A stretch of 64,000 bases of DNA, taken from Histomonas meleagridis 2922-C6/04-290x (lineage: Eukaryota; Protista; Parabasalia). Position 1 is the stretch's first letter, and each line of letters opens with the position of its first letter. Positions 11,349-22,460 of this stretch are shown here, piece by piece. Below the pieces are notes generated by a model. It made no database searches and had not been told where the DNA came from. It was given only the letters and a program-made list of their open reading frames with translations. A program made the position numbers and the translations under genes. The stretch spans positions 62,001-126,000 of the forward strand of contig JAANOX010000144.1 of the NCBI GenBank assembly GCA_020184695.1, read 5' to 3'.

Positions 11349-12943
11349 ATGAACGAAAGAACACACGAAGTTGGCGGCTACATCCTCGGAAGGACACTTG
11401 GAAGTGGAACAACAGGAAAAGTGAAGCTTGCTATCAATAAGGAAACAAACAAACAAGTTGCAGTTAAGATTATCAGAAAAGCAAGTTTTGATATCAAGCC
11501 TGATCTAGAGCGAAAGATTCATCGTGAGGTAGCATTGATGCGCCTTTTAAACCATCCACATCTCCTCAAGCTTGTCGAAGTTTGTGAATCTCCACATCAT
11601 TTATACATATTTATTGAATATGCACCTCATGGAGAACTCTTTGACTATTTAGTTAAAAGGCGGTTCCTTAACCCACCAGAAGCAATGATGTTTTTCAGAG
11701 AAATCATTTATGGTTTAGATTATCTTCATAAGCATGGTATCTGCCACAGAGACCTAAAACCAGAAAACATTCTTCTTGACGAGTTTGATCACGTTAAGAT
11801 AGCAGATTTTGGATTTGCTCGATGGATGCGATCAAATATTGCCGAGACATCATGTGGTTCACCACATTATGCCGCACCAGAAGTCATCCGCGGAGAGCCG
11901 TATGATGGGCGTGGAGCTGATGTATGGAGTTGCGGTGTAATTTTATATGCTTTACTTGCAGTATGTTTTTAGCGTTTAAATAGCTTCAGCTTCGTTAAGC
12001 GAAGCTTGTGAACGCGTTTATTTTGACTAACACATAGGGAAGACTTCCTTTTGATGATGATTCAATTCGCAATTTACTTGCCAAAGTCAAACTCGGCCAC
12101 TACAAAATGCCCAATTTCTTACCAGAAATCCAAGATCTTATTTCTCAGATGCTTACTGTTGATGTAAATCATCGTATCAAAATTGATCAAATCAAAACTC
12201 ACCCAGCCTTTTTAATGGATCTTCCATCCACCTACACAGTACCCACACCATTACCTATCATTAGTATGTCCGAACCGATTGATTCCAGTTTAATCGATAA
12301 AACAATAATCAATATCCTTCGTTGCATCGGCTACAACTCTGATGAAGAAGCCATGAAGGAACTTCTCTGTTCCGGCCATACCAGTGCCAAAGTCTTCTAT
12401 CAAATGTACAAGCGAAATGAATCATTAGATTCCTTACCATGGTCAGACGATGAAGACGTACCCGCAGACTATGGCATCCAACCCGAGTCTGGCGTCTTTC
12501 TTATGTCACCACGACAATTTGGTCCATTACATGCAACTAGTGATCAATTCCATCGTCGCACACAAGTTGGCTCCATTGGAAGCTTCCAATCGCCGCAGTC
12601 ACTCGCGCAGCGTCCAAATTGGGCTGGCGACTTCTCTCCGTACACGGCCGTTAACTACGAGCAGCGGTTAACTGACATCGAACTTCGGCCCGAGGAGCTC
12701 ATGGACCTGTTCCAGAACCTCCTCAACAGGCTGCACTTTAGGTGGTTCCATCCCGACGACTTGTGCCTCATTGCAAGGCAATTGGTGCCCGATTTGCTGG
12801 TGACGATAACCGCTTCGTTTGAGGCAATGAACATGTTACAAGTCGTGGTGTCACTGGTACATGGAGAAATTGATACGTTCGATTTGCTGATTACTGAAAT
12901 GGGCAAAGCAATTGATGAGAGATTGCAAATTATTAGGCAATAA
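11349..12943 (+). CDS. CAMK/AMPK-related (BRSK/Gin4-like) Ser/Thr kinase; exons 11349-11960 and 12038-12943, about 505 aa
   Basis: Motifs GSGTTGKV, VAVK, HRDLKPEN, DFG and CGSPHYAAPE. Splicing restores LYALLA|GRLPFDDDSIRNLLAKVK in frame. Confidence 0.93.
11961..12037 (+). other. Spliceosomal intron, 77 nt, phase 0
   Basis: 5' GTATGT and 3' ACTAACACATAG match the parabasalid fused branch/3' splice motif. Removal joins the two kinase ORFs. Confidence 0.93.
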
Positions 12944-13246
12944 ATAAATGAAAATAATGTAATTGAATTGGGTGTTTTAGATATGCAAAATCATTTGTAG
13001 GTAATACATGAAAAATTAAGAAAAAATCGGCCGCGAAATGCATTTAGACTTCCTTCGTCTTTTTATTTATAATTTATGAACGTTACTTCAGTTCAGGTGA
13101 TTTTCTGGGTAAAAAGTGACAGTGTCATGAGTTCAAATTGAATAAATTCAATGAAAAGGGCAAAGTTAAATGTGACATACAAAGAAAATTTTTGAATGTA
13201 AATCTGTTGAAAAAGCTTTTGTTTTGAATGCAGCGTAAATTGTATT

Positions 13247-14062
13247 TTATTGAAAATGTAAACCGTTGTTGTGCATCGGTGTCCTCTGCCCTTGTGCCAT
13301 GAACGAGTTATTTACAGGTGTATTTCCATCATGCCATACCATCCAAATTCTTGTACCATATATTTTAAACAAAGACCGAACAAGGTTACGAAAATCGACA
13401 TAACAGTCGGCTTTGTAATAAAAAATGAGTTTTTTTCCATCAAATTGGAATACAGCTCCAGTGATTTTCATTGGGAGACCCATTTCACGAGCTTTGATTT
13501 GGCATAATTCCATTGCTTTGGCTTCTCTTTCTGCTTTTTGTGGTAATTGAGAAATTTCGCTTTGTACTGCTTTGCGAACAATAAACTTTGCAGACTTTAA
13601 ATCACGTGCAGGAGGCTTCGGAACTTCGTTGATAATCTTTCCGACATCAAATCCTCTATCAGCTTCAGTTAGAACGTAATCTCCAATTTGAAGTGACAAT
13701 GTATCTGATGCCTTAAAAACTACAGTACGAAATGGGTGAAACTGAATTTGGTAATATTTCAAATTTAAAGGTCCTCCTTCAGGCTCTATTTCTCCAGTAA
13801 ATGCCATATCTTCGTAAGATTGTTGAGGCATGTCCATATATTGCATTGGTGGTGCTGATTCTGAAAATGGTATAACTCTATTATTATGATAATTTTGTCC
13901 AATTGAAGAAGGGAATTCCATTTGAGATCTATTTCGAGATGTTTCAATTGGAGAGTCGATATCCCATATGTCTCTAAGAGAGGATGGCAAAAGTGAGATT
14001 TGTTGTTCTTGATTAACAGAATCAAAAGGCTCCTCGTTGTAGAAGCCCCAATTTTGTTTCAT
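13247..14062 (-). CDS. PSP1 C-terminal domain protein
   Basis: GDYVLTEADRGFDVG and MKITGAVFQFDGKKLIFYY...VDFRNLVRSLFKIYGTRIWM. Likely start is the ATG at 14062. Confidence 0.85.
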   Translation of the reverse strand: MKQNWGFYNEEPFDSVNQEQQISLLPSSLRDIWDIDSPIETSRNRSQMEFPSSIGQNYHNNRVIPFSESAPPMQYMDMPQQSYEDMAFTGEIEPEGGPLNLKYYQIQFHPFRTVVFKASDTLSLQIGDYVLTEADRGFDVGKIINEVPKPPARDLKSAKFIVRKAVQSEISQLPQKAEREAKAMELCQIKAREMGLPMKITGAVFQFDGKKLIFYYKADCYVDFRNLVRSLFKIYGTRIWMVWHDGNTPVNNSFMAQGQRTPMHNNGLHFQ

Positions 14063-14295
14063 GATCTGCTGGCAAAGTGTTGAAAAATAATTCAAAACAT
14101 TTAACCGCCAAACATCAGTAAACCATTGATATTTTGAGTGTATTTCGATCGTGCAAAAACGAGAAGAAAAAACATTCAAAAACATTGGCATAAATTTCCT
14201 TCATCCTCCAGAAACGATTTTAAAGCACATTGGAAATTATTTCACGAAAATGCTAAACAAAATTTTATGTATTATAATGAAATTTTATATATAAT

Positions 14296-15189
14296 TTATT
14301 CATTTTCTTTGTTCTCTCTTTGTTGCCTCCTTTTTTCCCTTTTAGCATCTTTGATTTTCTTAGTTTCGAGTTTGTTCTCAATTGCAATTTTCATCTTAGC
14401 ATCCGACTCAGGATCAATTACGGGCTTTTTAACAATGTTCCTTTTCATTCTTTCGATTTCAACAATTTTCTTAAGTTTGTGCGGTGGAATAAATTTAGCA
14501 TTTCTGTGTATTTGGCGACCACAGAATGATCCTGAAAGAGCAAGGACATGATACATGCAACATCGTGGACCAGCTTCAAATAAGGTAACATTATCGCCAT
14601 TCCATGAGATTTGGTAACGAGATAACCATATACGGTCATCTGCAATGTGGAAAGAGATAGCTGTATCAACAACAATTTTGGATGATGAATATGGAACCGA
14701 AAATATACGCGTGAAAAGTTGTTTGGTAACTCCATAGAAGGGATCACTATCAAACGCTGGATCAAAGAAAATTAAGGGACGAGTTTGATCTGAACAAATT
14801 CCAATAAGATGAAGTTCTTCAGTAGTATGAATGTTCTGTAAATAAAAACATACTGTGGGACCTCCTGGGGAAAGAGAAAACCAAATATAATTTTCGTTGG
14901 AATGCCGAGTTTCGAAAACAATTATGCTATTACAATTATGTGCGTCTGCAAGATCATTAAGAGTGACAAGATGATTACCTTTAAACTTTTTTTCGCGTTG
15001 AGCACCTGGAAGTAATTTAAGAAAGTCTTTCATAAAGATGCGGAGTTCTGAAGAAATACCGCGCTTTGCTACAACGAGTGGTTGATAATTTATGATCTGT
15101 TTCACTGGAGGAGCTTTTGGTGGAGGTATGTTTTGATGTGGTTTTGGTGGTTCTTCTTCAGAAGAAGAGTAATCAGAAGGTCCAAACAT
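14296..15189 (-). CDS. Brix-domain ribosome biogenesis protein (BRX1-like)
   Basis: FMKDFLKLLP, FETR, YIWFSLSPGGPTVCF, HIADDRIW and EAGPR; Lys-rich tail. Confidence 0.85.
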   Translation of the reverse strand: MFGPSDYSSSEEEPPKPHQNIPPPKAPPVKQIINYQPLVVAKRGISSELRIFMKDFLKLLPGAQREKKFKGNHLVTLNDLADAHNCNSIIVFETRHSNENYIWFSLSPGGPTVCFYLQNIHTTEELHLIGICSDQTRPLIFFDPAFDSDPFYGVTKQLFTRIFSVPYSSSKIVVDTAISFHIADDRIWLSRYQISWNGDNVTLFEAGPRCCMYHVLALSGSFCGRQIHRNAKFIPPHKLKKIVEIERMKRNIVKKPVIDPESDAKMKIAIENKLETKKIKDAKREKRRQQRENKENE

Positions 15190-15536
15190 TTGGGAATTGA
15201 ATAACTTTGTTTGCTTCCCAAAAAGGATTGCTTGATGCTTGCTCGATAAAGGATATAGATAAAATAGCAATAATTTATTGTTTGCATTTATTCGCCACAT
15301 GCTTACATATGAAAATTCTAAGTTGCAAGAAATATATTCTTTCTCATCTGAAAATTTATCCAGAAGTAAAGATATTTACCATCTTAAAACCGAATACAAA
15401 CCATGGTTGGCGCTGGTATCAACAGCGCACTCCACTCGGATAAAATTAAGAATTTTTTTTCATTAATGTATATATATATACATATATAAAATGAACCTTC
15501 ACCAAATTTAACAAAGCAAGAAAAACAAGTTTGCCT

Positions 15537-15965
15537 TTAGTTAATAGAAAAATATGCATCAATATCATTTTTTGGCATTGAATATATTTTGTAATATGAA
15601 AAGTCGCATGATTCATCAGGTCTGTATGTATTTTGCAAAAGCTTTTGTATTGCTTTTTTAACATTACCTGCAGATTGATGCAAAGCATTTAAAATTGTTG
15701 CTATAGAATATTTTTGACCAAGAAACACATAAATTGCAAGTATTGTTTGAAAGTAACTATCTTCATTGGGTGTCAAAGCACAAATCTGTTCGAAAATCTG
15801 GTTAATATTTTGAAAAGTAGAAAACTGATCTGGATTATTTTTCATATATTCCAAAACATTTGAAAGTGTAATCTTTTGAAGCATTTCCACGTCTTCTTTG
15901 CTTAGCTTTACATTTTGTGATTCATCGTTGTTTTGGTTTTGTGTGTTAATCAAATTCACCTCCAT
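15537..15965 (-). CDS. Hypothetical protein with a possible UBA/CUE-like helical bundle
   Basis: ATG at 15965; segment KYSIATILNALHQSAGNVKKAIQKLL. Confidence 0.5.
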   Translation of the reverse strand: MEVNLINTQNQNNDESQNVKLSKEDVEMLQKITLSNVLEYMKNNPDQFSTFQNINQIFEQICALTPNEDSYFQTILAIYVFLGQKYSIATILNALHQSAGNVKKAIQKLLQNTYRPDESCDFSYYKIYSMPKNDIDAYFSIN

Positions 15966-16183
15966 ATTTTTTAGGGTGGTCCGCCTTTTGGCGCCAAAAG
16001 CGTTCAATTTTCGCGGTTATTTGAAACAAATTCTGAATAAAAAACGGTTGAATTTAAATTAAACTTTAATTGGTTACACCAAATCCAACTTTTTGAATGG
16101 TATTTCTGTTAAAAACGATCAAAAGTAGTCCCCATTTTTGAACATCAGTTTAGTTTCAACTGAAGGATCTGTATCTATATATC

Positions 16184-16266
16184 ATTAAAATTTAAAAAAA
16201 AGTTTGCACTAACTATATTAGAAAAATTAAAATTTCTTGAAATTAAAAACATTCGGTTCGCACTGG
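16184..16266 (+). repeat. Non-coding repeat block A, copy 1
   Basis: 83 bp, near-identical to 24238-24320 and ending ...cattcggttcgcactgg. Confidence 0.9.
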
Positions 16267-16389
16267 ATTTAGTGAAGATTAATAAGATTCCGAAGGAAAA
16301 TATCAATCATTTAATAAAATTTCTTATTAAATTTAAAATTATTTCTTTCTAAAAAGTGACACTTCAAGGAAACTTGAAGAGTAGTATCT

Positions 16390-16940
16390 ATTAATACTAT
16401 ATATTAAACTCGACTTGCGATTTCCACCCATCGTATATAGCGATCATCCTACGATCTTGATATCATAAATATATAATATATATACAAAGTTGCATCTATG
16501 ATTAATATAAATCTGAAAATTATATTTTGATTGGCACGAGATAAATTTATTCTTTCATTCCAAAAAGTGCCAAAAATCGACTTTTGCATGGTTTACATCG
16601 AACGATAGAAGCAACGATAAGTAACGATAGGAGCAAATTTGAATGATGGTAAATATTATCAAAATTTTACCCTTTCCTCGAAAAGATACGTTATTTATTT
16701 ACACCATCGTAATTTGTCAACAGCCAAATTAAATGATTCTTGGTTTGTTAGAAACTAAATGTATTGATATTTTATCATAGAATCGTGATTTGTTATTCAT
16801 CCCAAATAATTTTATGAAATCTTGATTTTCTTGAATTTATGAATTTATAAAAAAAAATGAATGATGTGATAATTTTCGTAATACCTTAATGATGTACTTG
16901 TTTAACCTGATTAATGGTTTATAATCGATAAAATAGTTGT
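16390..16940 (+). repeat. Non-coding repeat block B, copy 1
   Basis: Colinear with about 21875-22460; partial copies at about 17411-17510 and 24618-24737 (core gtatatagcgatcatcctacgatcttgatat). Confidence 0.85.
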
Positions 16941-17136
16941 ATAAGTCCATATTCTTGAAATATCTTAAAACAAACGATATTTTTTTTTCTGAACAAAACG
17001 ATTCTTGATCATTGAATTTATTTGATGATTTTTTTTTATTTATTTATTTTTATTTTCCAATTTTAGCAAAATATTCAATTCTATTGAATAAATATCGATA
17101 CAAATACAATTTGCAAATTATCTATGAAATACAGAC

Positions 17137-17385
17137 CTGAGATACATTTATCATTCCTTTTATCTCATATTACTAATATGCTTTCAAATTTTGAATATAT
17201 TACATTTTTCGAATTATCCGACAATATATGTAATGATGTTGATTTCTCTATTTTTCCGAATATGATTCAATACCACCATCATTCTAAAATTGTTTTTGAG
17301 AACGATACGAGCTGATTGAGTGATTTTTATACGTCCACTCATCCAAATTTGACTTCGAACCGCTTGAACATGTAAAATGATATCA
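17137..17385 (+). repeat. Non-coding repeat block C, copy 1
   Basis: Colinear with about 23624-23885. Confidence 0.85.
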
Positions 17386-19090
17386 ATAACTTATAATCGG
17401 ATTATAATTGTATATAGCGATCATCCTACGATCTTGATATTATGAATATATAATATATAAATACATAGTTGCATCTATGATTAATAATAAACTAAGAATA
17501 ATATCTTGATATATTAAGAAATTGAAAATTCAGAAATTATTTGGGAAATGATGAAATATTACTTATTTTATTTGATTATATATAATTTTGATATTAAATT
17601 CTTTTCAAATCTATCGAAAATATTGATAAACTCAAAAAATTTCAAATATATTGATGGCATATTCATGTAATTGTCGTATATAAGTTATTTTCGATATGTG
17701 AAAGCACATTCGGCCATATATTGGTACAAACGATACAAAACTATCTAACGATAACTTTTTTAAATATAATAACAGTTTTTTTATTATTGAATTATTTCAA
17801 CGGTACTTTTTTCCTTTTCGCATGATAATTTAAAATCAATTGAAAAATTATCAGTCATCTTGTGTATTCATCTTTTCCCGATATGTATTCTTATGTCACA
17901 TAACAAAATCCTCATCTTATCGTATTTTTTTTTTCAACTGATTGAATGTTTTTTGTTCGTTCTTCTATTCAAATTTGACTACGAATAGATCGTTAACCAA
18001 TAACGATGTAATTCATGAACGATAAATTTACTATTATTCTTTTTTGACCTACAAATTTGTATTTCGCCGATAGCAAAATAACCATAATTAAAATCTTATT
18101 TTATGCTATTCATTTCAAATTTTGTAAAATTAATTTATTTTGATTCAGATTTCAAATATATTATAATCGGTAATTTATATATGGCAACAGAAATTATTTG
18201 TAGTTCATAATATATAATGAGTAATTTTACATATTCTAGAATAGAATATTTCCTCATTGACGATTTCGTTATCGGAAACGATATAAGATAATTGTGTGAT
18301 TTTTATTCGTCCTACTATTCAAATTTGGCTGTGAACCCCTTTGTTCTCGAACTGTATGAATTAATTGAAGATTAACTTTCTTTTTTTAACCTGGGATTTG
18401 ATTTTTGCTTTCGGCAAAAATCAAATCCAAAATAAGACAAATTATTAACTAGAGAATGTATAATTAAAATATCAAGTAGATGAGAATTTACTATTCAAAT
18501 CGATTTTTTTATTCGATCTAATTTAATATATCATATTTTTTCTAATAATAATTTTAGCAGATATGTTTTTTATTAGACTCGAATGGATATGATCTAAAAT
18601 GGAAAATGAATATAATAAATGGTAAAAATTTATTTTTTCTTACATATCCTGAAATCGGACAAGTTTCATTTAGCAATTGTTCCAATCTCATCATTTGTAG
18701 CGGTTTTCAACCGTCATTTTTATTTGAAAAAAAATTGGATTTTCAACTTTTTGAACTAGGTTTTGCTTCCTTCGGAAAGGGATAAGAGAAGATTCAGAAG
18801 ATTTTCATAAAAAGATTTGGGCAAGATAGATGCGTTTTGGTTGAATAATGAAATATTTTTTAATGAAAAACTTCAAGTATATGAGATAAATGATGAGCTG
18901 CCTTTGGGATGGCAGAAAGATAATAAAGTTTTAATGAATAATGAAAATTTAAGTATTCCAAATAAAATTAAATATATGAATGGATTTCATCATGAAGTTC
19001 ATTCTATGTTTTTATTTATTATAATTTTATATATAAATTCATATCACATGTCCATTAAAATTTTTTTCAGTGTTATTTAATAGCATTGGA

Positions 19091-21432
19091 ATGAGTACAT
19101 CAAAGATAAATTCCTTTCCAGACTTAATTGCACTTACAGAAATAATTTATAACATAAATACAAACAATCTTGATACATCTGTTTCTTCATTACGCAAATT
19201 TTATGATAATTCACGAACGTATTCATTCAACTTGATCATCTGCCGTTTCATTTACACTTTGTTTGTAACAAGACTGAAAAATATAGATATAATTATTGAG
19301 TTTTTGAATTTAATTGAACGAGATGAAAATAAAAATCAAGTTTCAATAATTGACATTTTTTCTCAATTCCTTCGGAAAAATAACTCACAAGAATCTAATT
19401 ATCTTATCGGAAAGTTGATTGAAAAAGGTTTAATTAACTCATCGATTACTATAAATATGAAAAATTTATTTTTTTCACATTTTAAAGCACATTTCGTTTT
19501 AAACCATCGTTATCAATTTTCTGAATATTTCTCCGAAAACCTTGAAAAACTTAAAGCGAATAATTGGGAACTTCATCAGAAATATGTTAAAGAAGGAATA
19601 AATCAGAATGAAATTGCTAAAATAATTCGGAATGATGAAATAGAAAAACTTCAAGAAATATCATCAGAAACAAACTTCGATTTTAATCAAACAATTCCAA
19701 AATCACTTTATGAAAGATATTCATTTATTAATCATAAAAATGTTACATTAATTGATTATACAGCATTTTTTTCTTCAGTTAAATGTTTTAAATATTTACT
19801 TATGAATGGAGCAAAATTAGATAAAACAGGTAAATATGCTGTTGCAGGTGGAAATGAAGAAATTATTCATTTATGTGAACAAAATCATTCAACATTTGAA
19901 GATGCATATGAAACAGCAATAGAATTTCATAGAAATGATATCTTTAAATATTTTTATGATAATAAGTTAAAAGAAATTAAGAATTTAGAAGAATTAGGAG
20001 CAAAATGTGTTTTACATGATAATTATGAACTTTTATCATTTTTACTTAAAGAAGGAATGAAAATAAATGAAAATATTCTCATTGCTTCAATTATAACAGG
20101 GAATTTATATATTACTCAATATTTTCTCCAAAGTAATCATATTCCTATTGATTTTTTGAAAATTTCGGGTTTTTCTGGAAATGTGGAACTTTATAACTAT
20201 TTAATTAACAATAGATACATTGATTTTAGCAAGATTGTTTGCTTATTTCATTAGATTTTTATTAAAATATTTCATCGTTTCATAAAAATTTTTAAATTTT
20301 TTTTTAAATAAATTTTTTTTTAAATATTTTTAGCACTAACAAAAGCTTCAAAAAATGGTTATACAGAAATCGTTAAATTACTTCTTGAAAAAGAAGGAAT
20401 TGATATTAATGCTAAAAATGAAATTTATTTTAATAATTTTATATTTCAAAATAATAATTGGAAATTATTTTAATTATTTAAAACAGCACTTATGTTAGCT
20501 TCTTCAAATGGTCATACAGAAATAGTTAAATTACTTCTTGAACAAGAAGGAATTGATATTAATGCTAAAGATATTTATTTGTTTTATTTGAAATTTATTT
20601 TAATAATTTTATATTTCAAAATAATATTTGGAAATTATTTAATATATTTTATACAGCACTTATTTTAGCATCTTGGAATGGTCATACAGAAATAGTTAAA
20701 TTACTTCTTGAACAAGAAGGAATTGATATTAATGCTAAAGATATTTATTTGTTTTATTTGAAATTTATTTTAATAATTTTATATTTCAAAATAATATTTG
20801 GAAATTATTTAAATTATTTAATACAGCACTTATTTGGGCATCTGAAGGAGGTCGTACAGAAATAGTCAAATTACTTCTTGAACAAGAAGGAATTGATATT
20901 AATGCTAAAAATGAAATTTATTTTAATAATTTAATATTTCAAAATAATATTCTGGAATTATTTAAATTATTTCAAACAGCACTTATTTTAGCATCTTGGA
21001 ATGGTGATACAGAAATAGTTAAATTACTTCTTAAACAAGAAGGAATTGATATTAATGCTAAAAGTATTTATTTGTTTTATTTGATATTTATTTTAATAAT
21101 TTAATATTTCAAAATAATATTCTGGAATTATTTAAATTATTTAAAACAGCACTTATTAGAGCATCTGAAAATGGTCACACTGAAATAGTTAAATTGCTTC
21201 TTGAACAAGAGAATATTGATATCGATGCTAAAAATATTTTTTTGTTTTATTTAAAATATTTTTAAAAAATATGAAATTTCATATAAACATTTGGAATTAC
21301 TTATAAACATATAAAACAGCGCTTATGATAGCATCAGAAAAGAAAAATGCAGAAATTATTCGATTATTTGCAGACAAAATTCAACATCATAAATGTGACG
21401 ACATAATAAAATTAAAAGATTCTCAAGGATAA
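19091..21432 (+). CDS. DUF3447-type ankyrin protein: intact N-terminal domain plus 7 ankyrin modules interrupted by AT-rich spacers
   Basis: The ORF to 20254 has TLIDYTAFFSSVKCFKYLLMNG and YAVAGGNEEIIHL. Modules TALxxASxxGHTEIVKLLLEQEGIDINAKD recur at 20330, 20483, 20653, 20823, 20976 and 21146, with a cap at 21316 ending TAA at 21430-21432. Whether it is expressed as one protein is unproven. Confidence 0.7.
20330..21432 (+). repeat. Tandem array of ankyrin module plus spacer; periods 153,170,170,153,170,170 bp
   Basis: Counted between successive ACA-GCA-CTT starts. Confidence 0.95.
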
Positions 21433-21874
21433 AAGAGGTAATATTTAAATATTGAAATAAAAATTTCCTAAATTCAGTTTGTCTTCATACATTATCATTA
21501 ACACATGAAATTTGATCAATATTATTATAAGAATCAAAATCTGATGAATAGAATATTTTATATCATATTTCATTGTATGATTTTCATATAATTTGATGAT
21601 AATTTTTGTGAAAAAAATGATGAAAAATACATAACAACAAAAAATTCTTTACTATTCATAGTATTATTTACTCTTAAAGTTTAATGGAAATCTATTGAGT
21701 ACACCTTATTATTTTAAGTCTGTTTTGGAAAGAAAACATTAGAAATTATTCAATTTCGGTATAAAGTATTGAATCTTTTTTAAGAAGTATTATTGATTAC
21801 TCAAGTGTAGCTTCACTTTTTCAATGCATGACGATCAAAACCGTTCGTGCATTCGGCACTTGCAAAAATTCTGT

Positions 21875-22460
21875 TAATATTATATATTAAACTCGACTTG
21901 CGATTTTCACCCACCGTATATAGCGATCATCCTACAATCTTGATATTATGGATATATAATATATATACATAATTGCATCTATGATTAATAAAAACTAAGA
22001 ATTATATCTTGATTAGCACAAGATAAATCTATTCTTTAATTCCAAAAAGTGCCAAAAATCGACTTTTGCATAGTTTACATTGAACGATATCAACAACGAT
22101 AAATGACGATAGGAGCGAATTTGAATGATGGTAAATATTATCAAATTTTTACCCTTTTCTCAAAAAATACGTTATATATATCCAAAAAGTGTCTTGGATT
22201 TCCATGCTTTGTTTTTTTCTATCATTTCGATGATAATAGCAGCCAAATTAAGTGATTCTTGGTTTGCTAAGAAATAAAATTGTTGAAATTTATTCATAAA
22301 AGCGTGATTTGTTATTTATTCCGTATAAGCAGATCAAATCTTGATTTTATTTAAATTAATTTATTTATTAATTCAATTGAATAAATGATATAATAAATTT
22401 CAAAATACTTTAATGATATACTCATACAACCTAATTAATAATCGATAGTAGAGTAGTGTA
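21875..22460 (+). repeat. Repeat block B, copy 2
   Basis: Colinear with 16390-16940. Confidence 0.85.

Noticed and set aside
13112-13120. Recurrent AAAAGTGAC/GTCACTTTT motif (also 3868, 16352, 24605, 41566, 52805)
   Set aside because: It resembles known trichomonad promoter motifs and contains the Inr core, but spacing to genes is inconsistent and it also occurs in coding sequence.
16250-16266. GGTTCG as a tRNA T-loop
   Set aside because: No cloverleaf; it is part of repeat block A.
17960-18500. CTATTCAAAT recurring at about 175/350-bp spacing
   Set aside because: Only three short AT-rich matches; the periodicity is not convincing.
18640-19080. BspA-like fragment (IGQVSFSNCSNL) and the 87-aa ORF upstream of the ankyrin gene
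   Set aside because: A single weak motif with no continuous frame; cannot be supported.
20237-20345. Canonical intron GTTTGC...ACTAACAAAAG at the first ankyrin junction
   Set aside because: Removal puts the next module out of frame and deletes its A-L-T-K start; the ACTAAC is just Ala-Leu-Thr codons.
20420-20482. TAA reassigned to an amino acid
   Set aside because: Most ordinary genes in the window end in TAA, and reassignment cannot fix the frameshifting spacers.
20573-20652. A simple -1 ribosomal frameshift in the 17-nt T-rich segment as the whole explanation
   Set aside because: It works for some units, but at least five spacers have stops in the downstream frame and one unit is 171 bp.
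21064-21149. Phase-1 [G/A]TATTT...ACAG intron model
   Set aside because: It restores frame, but only one unit has GT, two modules begin ACA-TCA (no AG), and it would delete the conserved D and T of the ankyrin hairpin. Disfavoured, though RT-PCR would distinguish it.
20330-21432. CRISPR-like repeat/spacer appearance of the ankyrin arrays
   Set aside because: The repeats are 90-bp protein-coding modules, the spacers are mutually similar rather than unique, there are no cas genes, and the context is eukaryotic.
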